DNA from: a phage
Strand: one strand, 5' to 3'
Assembly: GCA_038314665.1 (NCBI GenBank)
Contig: GCA_038314665.1_3677.1
Length of the DNA: 64,000 bases
The notes below the pieces were generated by a model. The model did no database searches and was not told the DNA's origin. It worked only from the letters and a program-made list of their open reading frames with translations. Position 1 is the stretch's first letter; the number at the start of each line of letters is the position of its first letter. A program made the position numbers and the translations under genes. This document shows positions 40,873 to 50,469 of the stretch, piece by piece.

Positions 40873-41373
40873 GTGAAAATTAAGATCTTTGCTATTATTT
40901 TGAGCGCATTTTTATCGCTGCCTGTTGTTGCAGCACCAAAACAAAAAGTATACCATACTTGCAAGCCATCAGATACTAAGGAAAACATTCTAGCATGCAA
41001 TATCTACAGGGAAGCTAGAGGTGATGGCACGATGGGTATGCTGGCATCTGGGTTTGCCACCCTAAACAGGAAATCTCACCCCAAATACCCAGACACTATA
41101 AGAAAGATTGTCTACCAACCTAACCAGTTTTCGTGGACAAACCACGGCAAAACTTTTAAGGTGACAGAAAAAGATTCATGGGATCACGCTAAAAGTCTTG
41201 CAAAGATGCTTCTAAAGGTCTATAATAACAACCATGTTGCATACATGGCTATGGATATAACAGGTGGAGCAACACACTACCATACAACCAAAGTACGACC
41301 GAAATGGGCAAAAAAGATGCAGAGGACAGCTCAATTCGGGAGCCATATCTACTACAAGGAGTGCAATAAATGA
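40873..41373 (+). CDS. secreted cell-wall hydrolase, SleB-like
   Basis: GTG start; N-terminal signal peptide MKIKIFAIILSAFLSLPVVAAP; CNIYREARGDG..IVYQPNQFSW resembles SleB/hydrolase_2 signature. Confidence 0.5.
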   Translation: MKIKIFAIILSAFLSLPVVAAPKQKVYHTCKPSDTKENILACNIYREARGDGTMGMLASGFATLNRKSHPKYPDTIRKIVYQPNQFSWTNHGKTFKVTEKDSWDHAKSLAKMLLKVYNNNHVAYMAMDITGGATHYHTTKVRPKWAKKMQRTAQFGSHIYYKECNK

Positions 41374-43352
41374 TCGTAAACAGTAATGAAACTAAAGCGG
41401 TACTAACCGGGAATATGGAGGTCACCAGGGGCTCAATTTCTCTGAACAAAGAGACTTTTGGGCTAATTATTAAAGGGATTTACGAAGATAAGGTGCTGGC
41501 AAGCTGCCGTGAACCAATCTTCAATGCCGTGGACTCCCATGTTGAGTCTGGACGGGGGGATGTACCGATCATTATTCACTCTCCTACAGACCTTGAACCA
41601 TACTTCTTTGTACAGGACGTTGGATTGGGTATGTCAGAAGAGATGGTCCGCAACACTTTTATGAACCTCGGGGAGTCAACCAAGCGCAACAGCAACGCTC
41701 TGGTAGGTAATAAAGGTGTTGGTTCAAAGGCTCCGTTCAGCATGGTGGACACTTTCGATGTGATCAGTGTGCATAATGGTGTTGAAAGCACATATCTATT
41801 GTTCTTGGATCAGGGTATCCCAAACGTTACCAAGATCCGCGAGCGGAAGACTGAAGAGCACAACGGGGTAAAAGTTCAGTTCCATGTTAAGAAAGAGCAT
41901 GTACTGAAATATCGCACTGCTATTGCATCGTGCTTACGCTATGCGAAGTTTCCGTTCACCGTCACCGATCCCATGACCAGTAAGATGTTAGAAGGTGACA
42001 AGGTTGAGGCACAGTATCATTACGAGAAGGATGGTTGGAAGATGACCATTCTGAAGGGCTATACCAGCTCAGACGAGAGCCGTGTTGTGATGGGTCACCA
42101 ACCTTACCGCTCTAAGTTCCTGGAGACATTGACCGATTACCCTGCAATCTGCGTGGAAATTCCTATCGGAGATTGCAATATTAACCCAGGACGTGAATGG
42201 ACTATAGAGGGCCATGACGACGGTGGATTCCAGGATCGCCTGGAGGCCTTTGTCAAAGAAGGTATACGTCTTCGTGGGGCAGAAGTTGTTGCAGAACTGG
42301 AGACGGCAAAAACCTCCGCAGAAGCACGTGAAATGATGAAGAATAGTGGAGTGTTCGGACACATCTTCGGCAAAAACTTTATGTGGAACCGTTGGGAAGA
42401 AACAGGGCTTGGCGACTTAGGCGATTGTGAAATTTTCGCTGGCGGCTTAAATAAAGGCCGCATAGGTTATGCTCGTTACGGAAAGTCGGAGTTCTTACGA
42501 GGTGTATACCTTGTATTTAACGACGGAGACGGCAAATATAACCGAAATAAGTGTAACTACTTAAGCGAGATCACCGGACGCAACGTTTTCTATTGCCGGG
42601 ACACGGATCTGGTGAAAGAGTTTAAAGAGGTGGCACACCATCCGTTCTTTGCAGATACGGTCAAATTGTTATCTGAGCTTCCACGCCGACCTGCGAAGAA
42701 AGGTGAAACCAAAACTCATTATGAGCCAGGTTATTGGGTTAAAAAACTTGAGAAGGATGGTTACTTCCGTCGTGAACGTATTACTAAGGCAGAGTTCAAG
42801 AAGATTAAGCACTGCATTCCTTATGAGGGTGATATCCAACGTGGAAGTTGTTGGCTGGGGCAGCTGAGTAACATCTACCAGCAAGATTATGACCGCGTGC
42901 GTGCGGCACTCCAGATTCCTGAAGGGGAAGATCTGTACCTGGTATCGGAATCCCGTCTGCTTTGGACTGATCCTGATTGCCAGTATGTTACAGAGAAGAA
43001 TGTGGAACATTTGTTGAAAGAGGACGCTTGGAAATTCTTACTGACTCGCGCAGCAAATGAAACTTCATATGACAGCCTGTATAAACAATTAGGGAAAATT
43101 ATCCCCATGCAAGATTTTGGAAATTATCGGCCACATTTCCACAAGTGGGAAGGCAACACCGCGTGGAAGCACAGTGAGCTAAATCATCGTGCCAAAATCT
43201 TAATCGCCAACCGAGTCAAGTGCGGGAAGGCCTATATTGCAAGATTGGAAAAGAAATATCCACTTTTGGAGCATGTAGGCTTGAAATATTGGGACACTCC
43301 TGCTATGATTGAATACCGTGAGCTGATTGATACAAAGAATAACACCAAATAA
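41370..43352 (+). CDS. GHKL-superfamily ATPase (Bergerat fold) protein
   Basis: 660 aa; N-box EPIFNAVD, G1 box DVGLGM, G2 box GNKGVGSKA in canonical order. Confidence 0.5.
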   Translation: MIVNSNETKAVLTGNMEVTRGSISLNKETFGLIIKGIYEDKVLASCREPIFNAVDSHVESGRGDVPIIIHSPTDLEPYFFVQDVGLGMSEEMVRNTFMNLGESTKRNSNALVGNKGVGSKAPFSMVDTFDVISVHNGVESTYLLFLDQGIPNVTKIRERKTEEHNGVKVQFHVKKEHVLKYRTAIASCLRYAKFPFTVTDPMTSKMLEGDKVEAQYHYEKDGWKMTILKGYTSSDESRVVMGHQPYRSKFLETLTDYPAICVEIPIGDCNINPGREWTIEGHDDGGFQDRLEAFVKEGIRLRGAEVVAELETAKTSAEAREMMKNSGVFGHIFGKNFMWNRWEETGLGDLGDCEIFAGGLNKGRIGYARYGKSEFLRGVYLVFNDGDGKYNRNKCNYLSEITGRNVFYCRDTDLVKEFKEVAHHPFFADTVKLLSELPRRPAKKGETKTHYEPGYWVKKLEKDGYFRRERITKAEFKKIKHCIPYEGDIQRGSCWLGQLSNIYQQDYDRVRAALQIPEGEDLYLVSESRLLWTDPDCQYVTEKNVEHLLKEDAWKFLLTRAANETSYDSLYKQLGKIIPMQDFGNYRPHFHKWEGNTAWKHSELNHRAKILIANRVKCGKAYIARLEKKYPLLEHVGLKYWDTPAMIEYRELIDTKNNTK

Positions 43353-44568
43353 GGAGACAGTTATGATTTTCATCTACGAACACTTCAAAACTCGTAAAGA
43401 AGCACGCGACCGCCGTGCAGAGCTTGAGAAGAAGGGTTTCACATGTGCCATTGAGAAAGGCGACACAACCTGGACACTGGCAGTTGGTGCCCCAGAGTTG
43501 TTCGATCCTGACCGTGACAGCGTCTGCTACACCCGTGAGGATTTTGAAACCCGCGAAGAGGCCCGTTTATTTCGATACGGTCTGGAAGATAACGGTAAGT
43601 ACGCCATGATCTTAGATTTAGGCGAAGGTTCCGTTAAACGTTGGGGCGTGGTATACCCACTGTGTGTTGTTCACGGTGTAGGGTTCACTGGGGTAGCAAT
43701 CAAGTCAGAAGAACCTTTAGTAGAAGTAAAAGATCCGGTGTTGGAGGTGGTGAGCAGTGTGTCTCAGCAACAGACTCGAAGCATCGAGCCTTTGGTAGTT
43801 ATTTGCGGAGAACTCCTCCAGATCACCTGCAACGAAGGTATTTTTGAAATTCGCCGCAGTGAAAGTGAGGAAGTTTACCAGAAAGTCTTCGACCATATCT
43901 CTGTTCAGGAATATGATGAGGCAATTGGTGAAATCCTTGTCTGGCTGGAACGCAAGAACGAGTTCACTACACTTGCAGACAACCTGATCATGAAAGATGG
44001 TAAGCTCTACTACTACGGCGTAGAGATGCGATCCACCATTGCAAAGAAAATTGAGAAAGACTACGCAGACGGAACATTGGATGACCGCTATGTGAAATTC
44101 CTCGTTCGCCTGCTACGCAATCCATCTGCAAAATCTGTAAACATGCTTTACGATTTTATGCAGGCCAACGATATCCAGATTGCAGAAGATGGTCGAATCA
44201 TTTGCTATAAGGGGGTTCAGTTTAACGGAAGCAAGTGGGTGGATTGGCACAGCGGTAAAGTTCCACAATACCAGGGTGCTTTTGTATCCATGCCTCGTAA
44301 CTTTGTAGAAGATGATCCGGAAGCTGCGTGTTCTTATGGCCTGCACTGCGCCAGCAAAGAGTATGCAAAGAGCTACGGCACTGTAATGACTGTTATGGTT
44401 GACCCTGCAGATGTGGTTAGTGTGCCATACCAACACAATAGCGCTAAGTGCCGTGCATGCCGCTATGAGATTGTGGTAGCTCCGGAAGCACGCAAAGATG
44501 GAGACCCTATCGAATACGTAGTTGACCGCGACGGTAACACTATCGACATTCTTTACGAGGAGGCGTAA
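43327..44568 (+). CDS. hypothetical protein
   Basis: 413-aa ORF, start region overlaps end of GHKL gene, stop overlaps helicase ATG. Confidence 0.45.
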   Translation: MIQRITPNKETVMIFIYEHFKTRKEARDRRAELEKKGFTCAIEKGDTTWTLAVGAPELFDPDRDSVCYTREDFETREEARLFRYGLEDNGKYAMILDLGEGSVKRWGVVYPLCVVHGVGFTGVAIKSEEPLVEVKDPVLEVVSSVSQQQTRSIEPLVVICGELLQITCNEGIFEIRRSESEEVYQKVFDHISVQEYDEAIGEILVWLERKNEFTTLADNLIMKDGKLYYYGVEMRSTIAKKIEKDYADGTLDDRYVKFLVRLLRNPSAKSVNMLYDFMQANDIQIAEDGRIICYKGVQFNGSKWVDWHSGKVPQYQGAFVSMPRNFVEDDPEAACSYGLHCASKEYAKSYGTVMTVMVDPADVVSVPYQHNSAKCRACRYEIVVAPEARKDGDPIEYVVDRDGNTIDILYEEA

Positions 44569-45938
44569 TGGAAAAAGGGCAGTATGATGTAGGCACAGAT
44601 GCTGCCCTCGTTGCAATCATGAGCGGTGAGAATGTCTTCGTCTCAGGACCTGCAGGTTGTGGGAAGACGTACCTCATCAACATGATCCAGTCAATGTATG
44701 GAGACTCTTGCATAACGGTTGCCCCGACAGGGGTAGCCGCTTTAAACGTTAATGGAGCAACAGCACACCGAACCTTCGATCTTGCAGCAGGTGTGAGCAT
44801 GGAGTCAGACTGGACCGCAATAAGGGCAAAAACAGCAAAGCCTTTGAAAAGCAAGGCATTTACCATCCTAATTATCGATGAAATCTCTATGATCCGTGCT
44901 GATAAGTTTATAGAGATGGATAGGAAACTCCGCTTCCTTCGAAAAAATGACAAACCTTTCGGAGGCATACAGGTCATATTGTTTGGCGATTTTTACCAGG
45001 CACCTCCTGTTGTCTCTTCTATGGAGAAGGAAGCCTACTTCAACTTCTACCATACGGACCTGTGTTGCTATACCGAATCTTGGAAAGAGCTTGACCTCCA
45101 CAACATAGCCCTAGTAGATCAGTTCCGACAGGAGTCTATTCGATTTGCCACAATGCTCAACTGTGTTCGTGAGGGTCGTCGCATAAAAGAAGTTGTAGCA
45201 GAACTTAATGCTCGCTGTTACAAAGGAGGTGTACCAACAGACGCTCTCACAATTTGCGCCACCAACAAACAAGCGGAGGAAGTGAACAGAAGGTTCTATG
45301 ATGCCATCAACGCCCCAGAGAAGGTATACACTGGTGAAATGAAAGGTAAGTTTCCCTCCACCCTGCCAGTTGAGCAGGAGATGAAGTTGAAAATTGGCAT
45401 GAAGGTTATGATAACCGCCAACGATGTTGACCCGACGCACAAAGTACCTTATTATGTTAACGGAACACGTGCCACGATTGTTAAATTTAAGAACAAGGCG
45501 GTGGTGGTGGAGCTTGAAGATGGAACACAGGTTGACATAGAGCAAAGGTTGTGGGAGAATAACGAGTATAAGCCATCTCAAAGATACAACATTGCAGAAA
45601 GGAAGATGGAGAAGTTTATAGAGAGGGTAGTGATTGGATCATACAGGCAACTTCCTCTGAAATCTGGATACGCCGTAACATCTCATAAAAGTCAAGGACT
45701 TACGCTAGATTGTTACAACCTGGACCTTGGAAAGAACGGAGCTTTCTCTCCTGGGATGACGTATGTTGCTTTGAGTCGAGTTAAGACAATACAAGGAATA
45801 AACTTGTTGCGTCCACTAAGAGAAGTTGACATTATTGTTGACCCGCGAGTCGTAGAGTTTTACAATACAACATTCCCTGACTTAGACAAAATTGTCAGGA
45901 AAGATTTTGAAACCAGAGCAGAAGAGGGGGACGTATGA
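44568..45938 (+). CDS. PIF1/Dda-like superfamily 1 DNA helicase
   Basis: Walker A GPAGCGKT, Walker B LIIDEISM, GDFYQAPPV motif typical of PIF1/RecD-like helicases. Confidence 0.65.
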   Translation: MEKGQYDVGTDAALVAIMSGENVFVSGPAGCGKTYLINMIQSMYGDSCITVAPTGVAALNVNGATAHRTFDLAAGVSMESDWTAIRAKTAKPLKSKAFTILIIDEISMIRADKFIEMDRKLRFLRKNDKPFGGIQVILFGDFYQAPPVVSSMEKEAYFNFYHTDLCCYTESWKELDLHNIALVDQFRQESIRFATMLNCVREGRRIKEVVAELNARCYKGGVPTDALTICATNKQAEEVNRRFYDAINAPEKVYTGEMKGKFPSTLPVEQEMKLKIGMKVMITANDVDPTHKVPYYVNGTRATIVKFKNKAVVVELEDGTQVDIEQRLWENNEYKPSQRYNIAERKMEKFIERVVIGSYRQLPLKSGYAVTSHKSQGLTLDCYNLDLGKNGAFSPGMTYVALSRVKTIQGINLLRPLREVDIIVDPRVVEFYNTTFPDLDKIVRKDFETRAEEGDV

Positions 45939-46276
45939 GTTTGTGGAGAAATATAGTTAACTACGTGTGTGGCAATCCAACTCCTGAAGAGAAGGATGTT
46001 GTGATTCACGATTTTACTAAAAGATCTCGTGAAAAAGACCTGCTGCTAACAAAGGTGGTTGATAAAGATCCTGCAGTCGGGGACTGGGCAGGTTTTGCGT
46101 TTACATCGGACAAATACACCTTTAACAAAGGTGACTATCTTGTTGTAGATTTTAACGAAGACATTGAGGGTGCTGAACCTTACTATCAGACCCTTATTAT
46201 TGCAGGGTGCGTTGATCTCTCTGCAGGAATGCACAGTTTGATTCTTTTTGAGCTTGACTCTGAAGACCTTCAGTAG
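45935..46276 (+). CDS. hypothetical protein
   Basis: 113-aa ORF, 4-nt overlap with helicase. Confidence 0.4.
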   Translation: MSLWRNIVNYVCGNPTPEEKDVVIHDFTKRSREKDLLLTKVVDKDPAVGDWAGFAFTSDKYTFNKGDYLVVDFNEDIEGAEPYYQTLIIAGCVDLSAGMHSLILFELDSEDLQ

Positions 46277-46335
46277 TAAGATGTTAGTCTAAAGGGGAGG
46301 CACTCCTCCCCACAAAACTAAGGAAGCACTAAACG

Positions 46336-46638
46336 ATGAAACGTTATAAACCATACACTTTTGAAATCGATTTCGAACTTGACGATATGTTTACTGTGGA
46401 AGCTCAAGCAGTTGTCCAGTTGCCAGACTCGGCGTGCCGTGACTCTGATGTTGACTATTACGGATTTAGACAAATTACCGATGTGCGTGTTTACCACAAC
46501 GGTAAAGAGGTGGACTTCCACCAACTACCAAACGATATGCGCCACTCAATTTACAAACGTGCAGCCCGTGAACTAGAGTCCTATCTGGATGCAGCGACGA
46601 CAGCAGCTGCATTTGCTGAAGAAGTTGGAGGTTTCTGA
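46336..46638 (+). CDS. hypothetical protein
   Basis: 100-aa ORF, RBS AAGGAAG. Confidence 0.4.
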   Translation: MKRYKPYTFEIDFELDDMFTVEAQAVVQLPDSACRDSDVDYYGFRQITDVRVYHNGKEVDFHQLPNDMRHSIYKRAARELESYLDAATTAAAFAEEVGGF

Positions 46639-47033
46639 TGATTACAAGTGTGAAGATTATCCAATACCACTTAACCAAATTGGGAGATGCTGAAAAAGAG
46701 CTTGCAGAAGTTCTGAATAGTGGATATACTTTGCTATCATGCGCCTGCTCAGATACCTACGCTGTGTGGACACTTACCCGGAAGGAAGAGCCTGCATGGG
46801 TCTTGGTGCCAAACCCTAAGATTATTAGTGAGGTGGATGACTACCCTCAGGACGGCGTGCCGGAAGACTGGGTAGTATGGGAAGGTGGTGAAAACCCTGC
46901 ACCAGGTAAGTGGGTAAAATATAAACTACGTAGTGGTGCACAGTACGCTGACTACTCTGATAACCTAGACTGGAGTCATTCTTCACTAGGATCGTCTGCA
47001 AGTTCATATGATATCGTTGCTTTTCAGGAATAA
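46638..47033 (+). CDS. hypothetical protein
   Basis: 131-aa ORF, ATGA overlap. Confidence 0.4.
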   Translation: MITSVKIIQYHLTKLGDAEKELAEVLNSGYTLLSCACSDTYAVWTLTRKEEPAWVLVPNPKIISEVDDYPQDGVPEDWVVWEGGENPAPGKWVKYKLRSGAQYADYSDNLDWSHSSLGSSASSYDIVAFQE

Positions 47034-47044
47034 GGAGAAGGTGG

Positions 47045-47527
47045 ATGTCAGATTTTATGTGGAAAGTTGGTTATTCCTCCCCTGAAATGTGTAAGGCCTG
47101 TTTTGTGAAAATAGGTCGCGAAGATATCGACAAAGTGATCCTTAAGTTTCGTGATGTGGCTGTGATCGGCAACCGAGTGCTTAAGCACTTAAAGAATCTG
47201 AAGCTCACCAAAAAGAAATTCTTCGGACTTTTCGAAGAGAAAGTTGATGCTTGGACCCATTGCATTCAGGAAGCTAAATCTCACTACAGTGCTATCGTTA
47301 CCCCAGAACGGGTAGCCAAGATGGAAGGACTCATCAACAGCACAGAGTTTGAGTGTCTGAAAGCTGCACTCGATAGTTATCCGAAATGCCTCAAGCACTT
47401 GGACAAGTATGTAGAAAAGGATGGGGAAATGTATCTCACCCTGGACGCATACTATGAGATGCAAGAAATTTTAAATTTAGATTTGACATTGGTATCCACC
47501 GAGTATACAATAGGTATCCGGGTTTAA
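47045..47527 (+). CDS. hypothetical protein
   Basis: 160-aa ORF, RBS AGGAGAAGG. Confidence 0.45.
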   Translation: MSDFMWKVGYSSPEMCKACFVKIGREDIDKVILKFRDVAVIGNRVLKHLKNLKLTKKKFFGLFEEKVDAWTHCIQEAKSHYSAIVTPERVAKMEGLINSTEFECLKAALDSYPKCLKHLDKYVEKDGEMYLTLDAYYEMQEILNLDLTLVSTEYTIGIRV

Positions 47528-47533
47528 CACTAG

Positions 47534-47562
47534 GCCCTGCCCGAAAGGGTGGGGCTTTTTGC
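47534..47562 (+). terminator. rho-independent terminator (copy 1 of duplicated hairpin)
   Basis: gccctgccc-GAAA-gggtggggc followed by ttttt; same 22-nt hairpin recurs at 58543. Confidence 0.55.
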
Positions 47563-47578
47563 ATTAGGAGACAGCAAA

Positions 47579-48343
47579 TTGAAATTTATCTACAAAGAAC
47601 ACTACCACAAAGGTGTTGTGTGGAGTCTATTTGACGGGTCTGGTGGTGCAGTCATTGACTGGGCAAAAGCTGGGTACCTGTGCCTGTGCTTTAATGCAGA
47701 AGGTGCTGATCACGGCAGTTATGCAGAGGTGATAACCGATCATCCCAACATTCACTATGTGGATTATTGGATTGACCCATGGTTCCCTCAGGAAACTTTT
47801 TGCATGTACCCAGCTCCAGACTTTATTCTTGCATTTCCTCCGTGCACGCATTTAGCGGTATCAGGTGCTGCACATTTTAAGAAAAAGCTGGCTAAGGACC
47901 CTATGATCCAAATTAATGCTGTAAAGGATGCTCGGGTTGCGGAAGAGCTGGGAGAGATTTACGATTGCCCGTGGCATGTAGAGAATCCTGTAGGTGTTAT
48001 GTCCACACTGTGGCGCAAACCTGATTACCGTTTTCATCCTTCTGACTATGGCGGGTATTTACCGGAGGATGATGTAAACCCTTGGTTTCCTGAATTTATA
48101 GCTCCACGCGATGCCTATCCAAAAATAACTTGCGGCTGGATAGGTAATGGATTTATAATCCCGGTCACAAAACCTGTCCCGCAAATAGTTGACGCGGTTA
48201 GCGGGTATTCCATGCAACACGCTAAGCTAGGTGGAAAAAGTGCAAGGACGAAGATGATTCGAAGCCTCACGCCCCGTGGCTGGGCAAAAGCCGTATTCTT
48301 AGCAAACGAGCCTGTGGTAAGGAGCAGAATTAATGGGAAGTAA
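47579..48343 (+). CDS. DNA (cytosine-5)-methyltransferase-like protein, tentative
   Basis: TTG start 8 nt after AGGAG; motif I-like SLFDGSGG, motif IV-like FPPCTHLAVSG, ENP resembling ENV motif. Confidence 0.4.
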   Translation: MKFIYKEHYHKGVVWSLFDGSGGAVIDWAKAGYLCLCFNAEGADHGSYAEVITDHPNIHYVDYWIDPWFPQETFCMYPAPDFILAFPPCTHLAVSGAAHFKKKLAKDPMIQINAVKDARVAEELGEIYDCPWHVENPVGVMSTLWRKPDYRFHPSDYGGYLPEDDVNPWFPEFIAPRDAYPKITCGWIGNGFIIPVTKPVPQIVDAVSGYSMQHAKLGGKSARTKMIRSLTPRGWAKAVFLANEPVVRSRINGK

Positions 48344-50411
48344 ATTTATGGCATCTGCATATAACCGTTTCGGTGAGCCAAACCCGAAAGCAACTAAGTA
48401 TAAAAGTGGGGGAAGTGTGAAACGAGACTATCGTGATGAAAAAGAGGTTGAAACTGTAGAGACTGTTTTAGAAAATACTAAAATCGTCCCTGTCCCACAA
48501 CAAAATATCGGTCTGATGGCTGCACAATATTTTGGTGTGCGATCAGCATTGTCCCAAGAAGACGGTGTGACAGTTACTGCAACATATTTCCCATATTACG
48601 ACCGCTACGGGAATCTGTCCGGTTTCAAAAAGCGTGACTGGACGATCCCCAAAGAGCAACGTGGGCACTTTACGACGGTTGGGATCGTAAAGGCTAACTC
48701 CCAAATGTTTGGGCAAAAGCTGTGTGCATCTTCTAACAACCGTAAGCAGATTAACGTTTGTGAGGGGGAAGGCGATGTTATTGCAGCATGGCAGGCTGCA
48801 TATCAGATACAAGTAAAAGGGATTCTCACCAACGCTAAAGCCCCGGCAAAGGTGAAACAGTGGGCTAAAGAGGTCCAGGACGGGATCGATGCAGTTATCA
48901 ACGGGGGTGATCTGGCAGGAAAACCCTGCCTGCCTTTTGTTGGAATTAACTGTGGATGTGCAAACGCAGTAGATACTTTTGCAAACAATGAGAAATTTAT
49001 CCGTAGCTACGGAACAGTGGTCCTTGCAATGGACAACGATGCAGCTAACGAGGTAGAGAAGCAAAAACACGTTATCAAAGGTGTTGAAGCCACACATAAT
49101 ATCGCGGCATTTTTGATGGCTGATAACGTTTACCACGTGGAATACCCAAGTGAGGTAAACGACCCTGACGGTGTAAAAGATATCCGTGACATGCTGAAGG
49201 CTAAAAAGCTGGAAGATATTGTCAACATGTTCCGTCACCCAGTCAAATATGTGCCTGATGCTGTATCTGATTTAGAAGACTTCTCCATTGAATCTCTTCG
49301 TAAGAAGACTTCTAATGGCGTAGATATCAGCGCGGAGTTCCCTAAATTGCAGAAGATGCTGAAAGGACTTCACAAAGGCACCTTGATGATGCTGACAGGC
49401 CCATCTGGTGGTGGTAAAACAACTGTAGCCAAGAAACTAGAGCACTGTATTGCAAAATACTTGATGGATCCGACATGCCCTAAAGCCGATGATTATGAAG
49501 AGGATGATCGCCTGTGTCTGATTCACCTTGAAGAGGACCCTGAGGAAGCAATTAACTCTCTATACGCCAACCAGTTGGGGTTTGATGTTAAAGAGTTTGT
49601 TGAAGACCCTAGTCAGTTCCTGACTGATCAGGAGCATGCTGAGATTCACCAATCTTGGGCCAAGGCGGGAAAAATCAAAGTGTTCAAGCATTTTGGGTCT
49701 ATTCCTGTAGATGAGTTGATCACTAAGCTTAAACAAATGGTGTGTCTGTATCACTGCCGTTATATTGTGCTGGATCACCTGTCCATGGTAATTTCAGGGC
49801 TTAATGTTAAGGATGAGCGAAAAGAGCTGGACATGGCTATGACCCAACTAGCCGCGTTCTGTAAGCAGTTTAATGTGTTTATCTTGGTGATCGCTCACCT
49901 GAAACGCACAGAGATTGTGCCTCCAAAGGACAAGGATGGGAATCCGTTACCTTTCTGGTATCCTGTACGAAAAGAGAACCTTCGGGGTAGTGCCGGATTG
50001 GAGCAACTTAGCTGGGTAGTTGTTGGGGTGGAGGCAGAAGAGATGGTGGATCGTTCCCGTGGACGTGTCCGACTGGTAGGTCTTAAAAACCGCCCAGCAA
50101 AAACGTTAGGCATTGCGGATACCTTAGTTATGGATCCTCACACAGGTAAGTTCCATGATGCCAGCAACTGGTACTGGGACAAAGAAATGCAGATGTTCAC
50201 AGACGGAGAAGGTGGGGAGGTTGTTTGGAGACCTCAAGCTATGTTTGAGGATCAAGAGCACGCAGTTGTAGAAACACCTGTAGGTAGGGTTGTGGCTGAT
50301 AAGGTTGTAACTCCTACTGTTAACCATGTTGACACACAAGAAGACCTTCCGTATGATGATCCGTCCTCTGACCCTGTTCCCGGTTTTGAAGACGATGAAA
50401 CACCTTTTTAA
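48333..50411 (+). CDS. bifunctional primase-helicase (T7 gp4-like)
   Basis: 692 aa; Toprim-like CEGEGD and MDNDAANE; DnaB-type Walker A GPSGGGKTT; Walker B-like hydrophobic stretch. Confidence 0.7.
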   Translation: MGSKFMASAYNRFGEPNPKATKYKSGGSVKRDYRDEKEVETVETVLENTKIVPVPQQNIGLMAAQYFGVRSALSQEDGVTVTATYFPYYDRYGNLSGFKKRDWTIPKEQRGHFTTVGIVKANSQMFGQKLCASSNNRKQINVCEGEGDVIAAWQAAYQIQVKGILTNAKAPAKVKQWAKEVQDGIDAVINGGDLAGKPCLPFVGINCGCANAVDTFANNEKFIRSYGTVVLAMDNDAANEVEKQKHVIKGVEATHNIAAFLMADNVYHVEYPSEVNDPDGVKDIRDMLKAKKLEDIVNMFRHPVKYVPDAVSDLEDFSIESLRKKTSNGVDISAEFPKLQKMLKGLHKGTLMMLTGPSGGGKTTVAKKLEHCIAKYLMDPTCPKADDYEEDDRLCLIHLEEDPEEAINSLYANQLGFDVKEFVEDPSQFLTDQEHAEIHQSWAKAGKIKVFKHFGSIPVDELITKLKQMVCLYHCRYIVLDHLSMVISGLNVKDERKELDMAMTQLAAFCKQFNVFILVIAHLKRTEIVPPKDKDGNPLPFWYPVRKENLRGSAGLEQLSWVVVGVEAEEMVDRSRGRVRLVGLKNRPAKTLGIADTLVMDPHTGKFHDASNWYWDKEMQMFTDGEGGEVVWRPQAMFEDQEHAVVETPVGRVVADKVVTPTVNHVDTQEDLPYDDPSSDPVPGFEDDETPF

Positions 50412-50469
50412 TGTTTAACCAAGAGTGGGAGGGGTAGTACAACCGCCTCCCCTTTAAGGAGAACTGTAT

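Noticed and set aside
46294-46311. Hairpin ggggagg-cact-cctcccc after gene 45935..46276
   Set aside because: No downstream T-run and it sits immediately before the RBS of the next gene; more likely intra-operon structure than a terminator.
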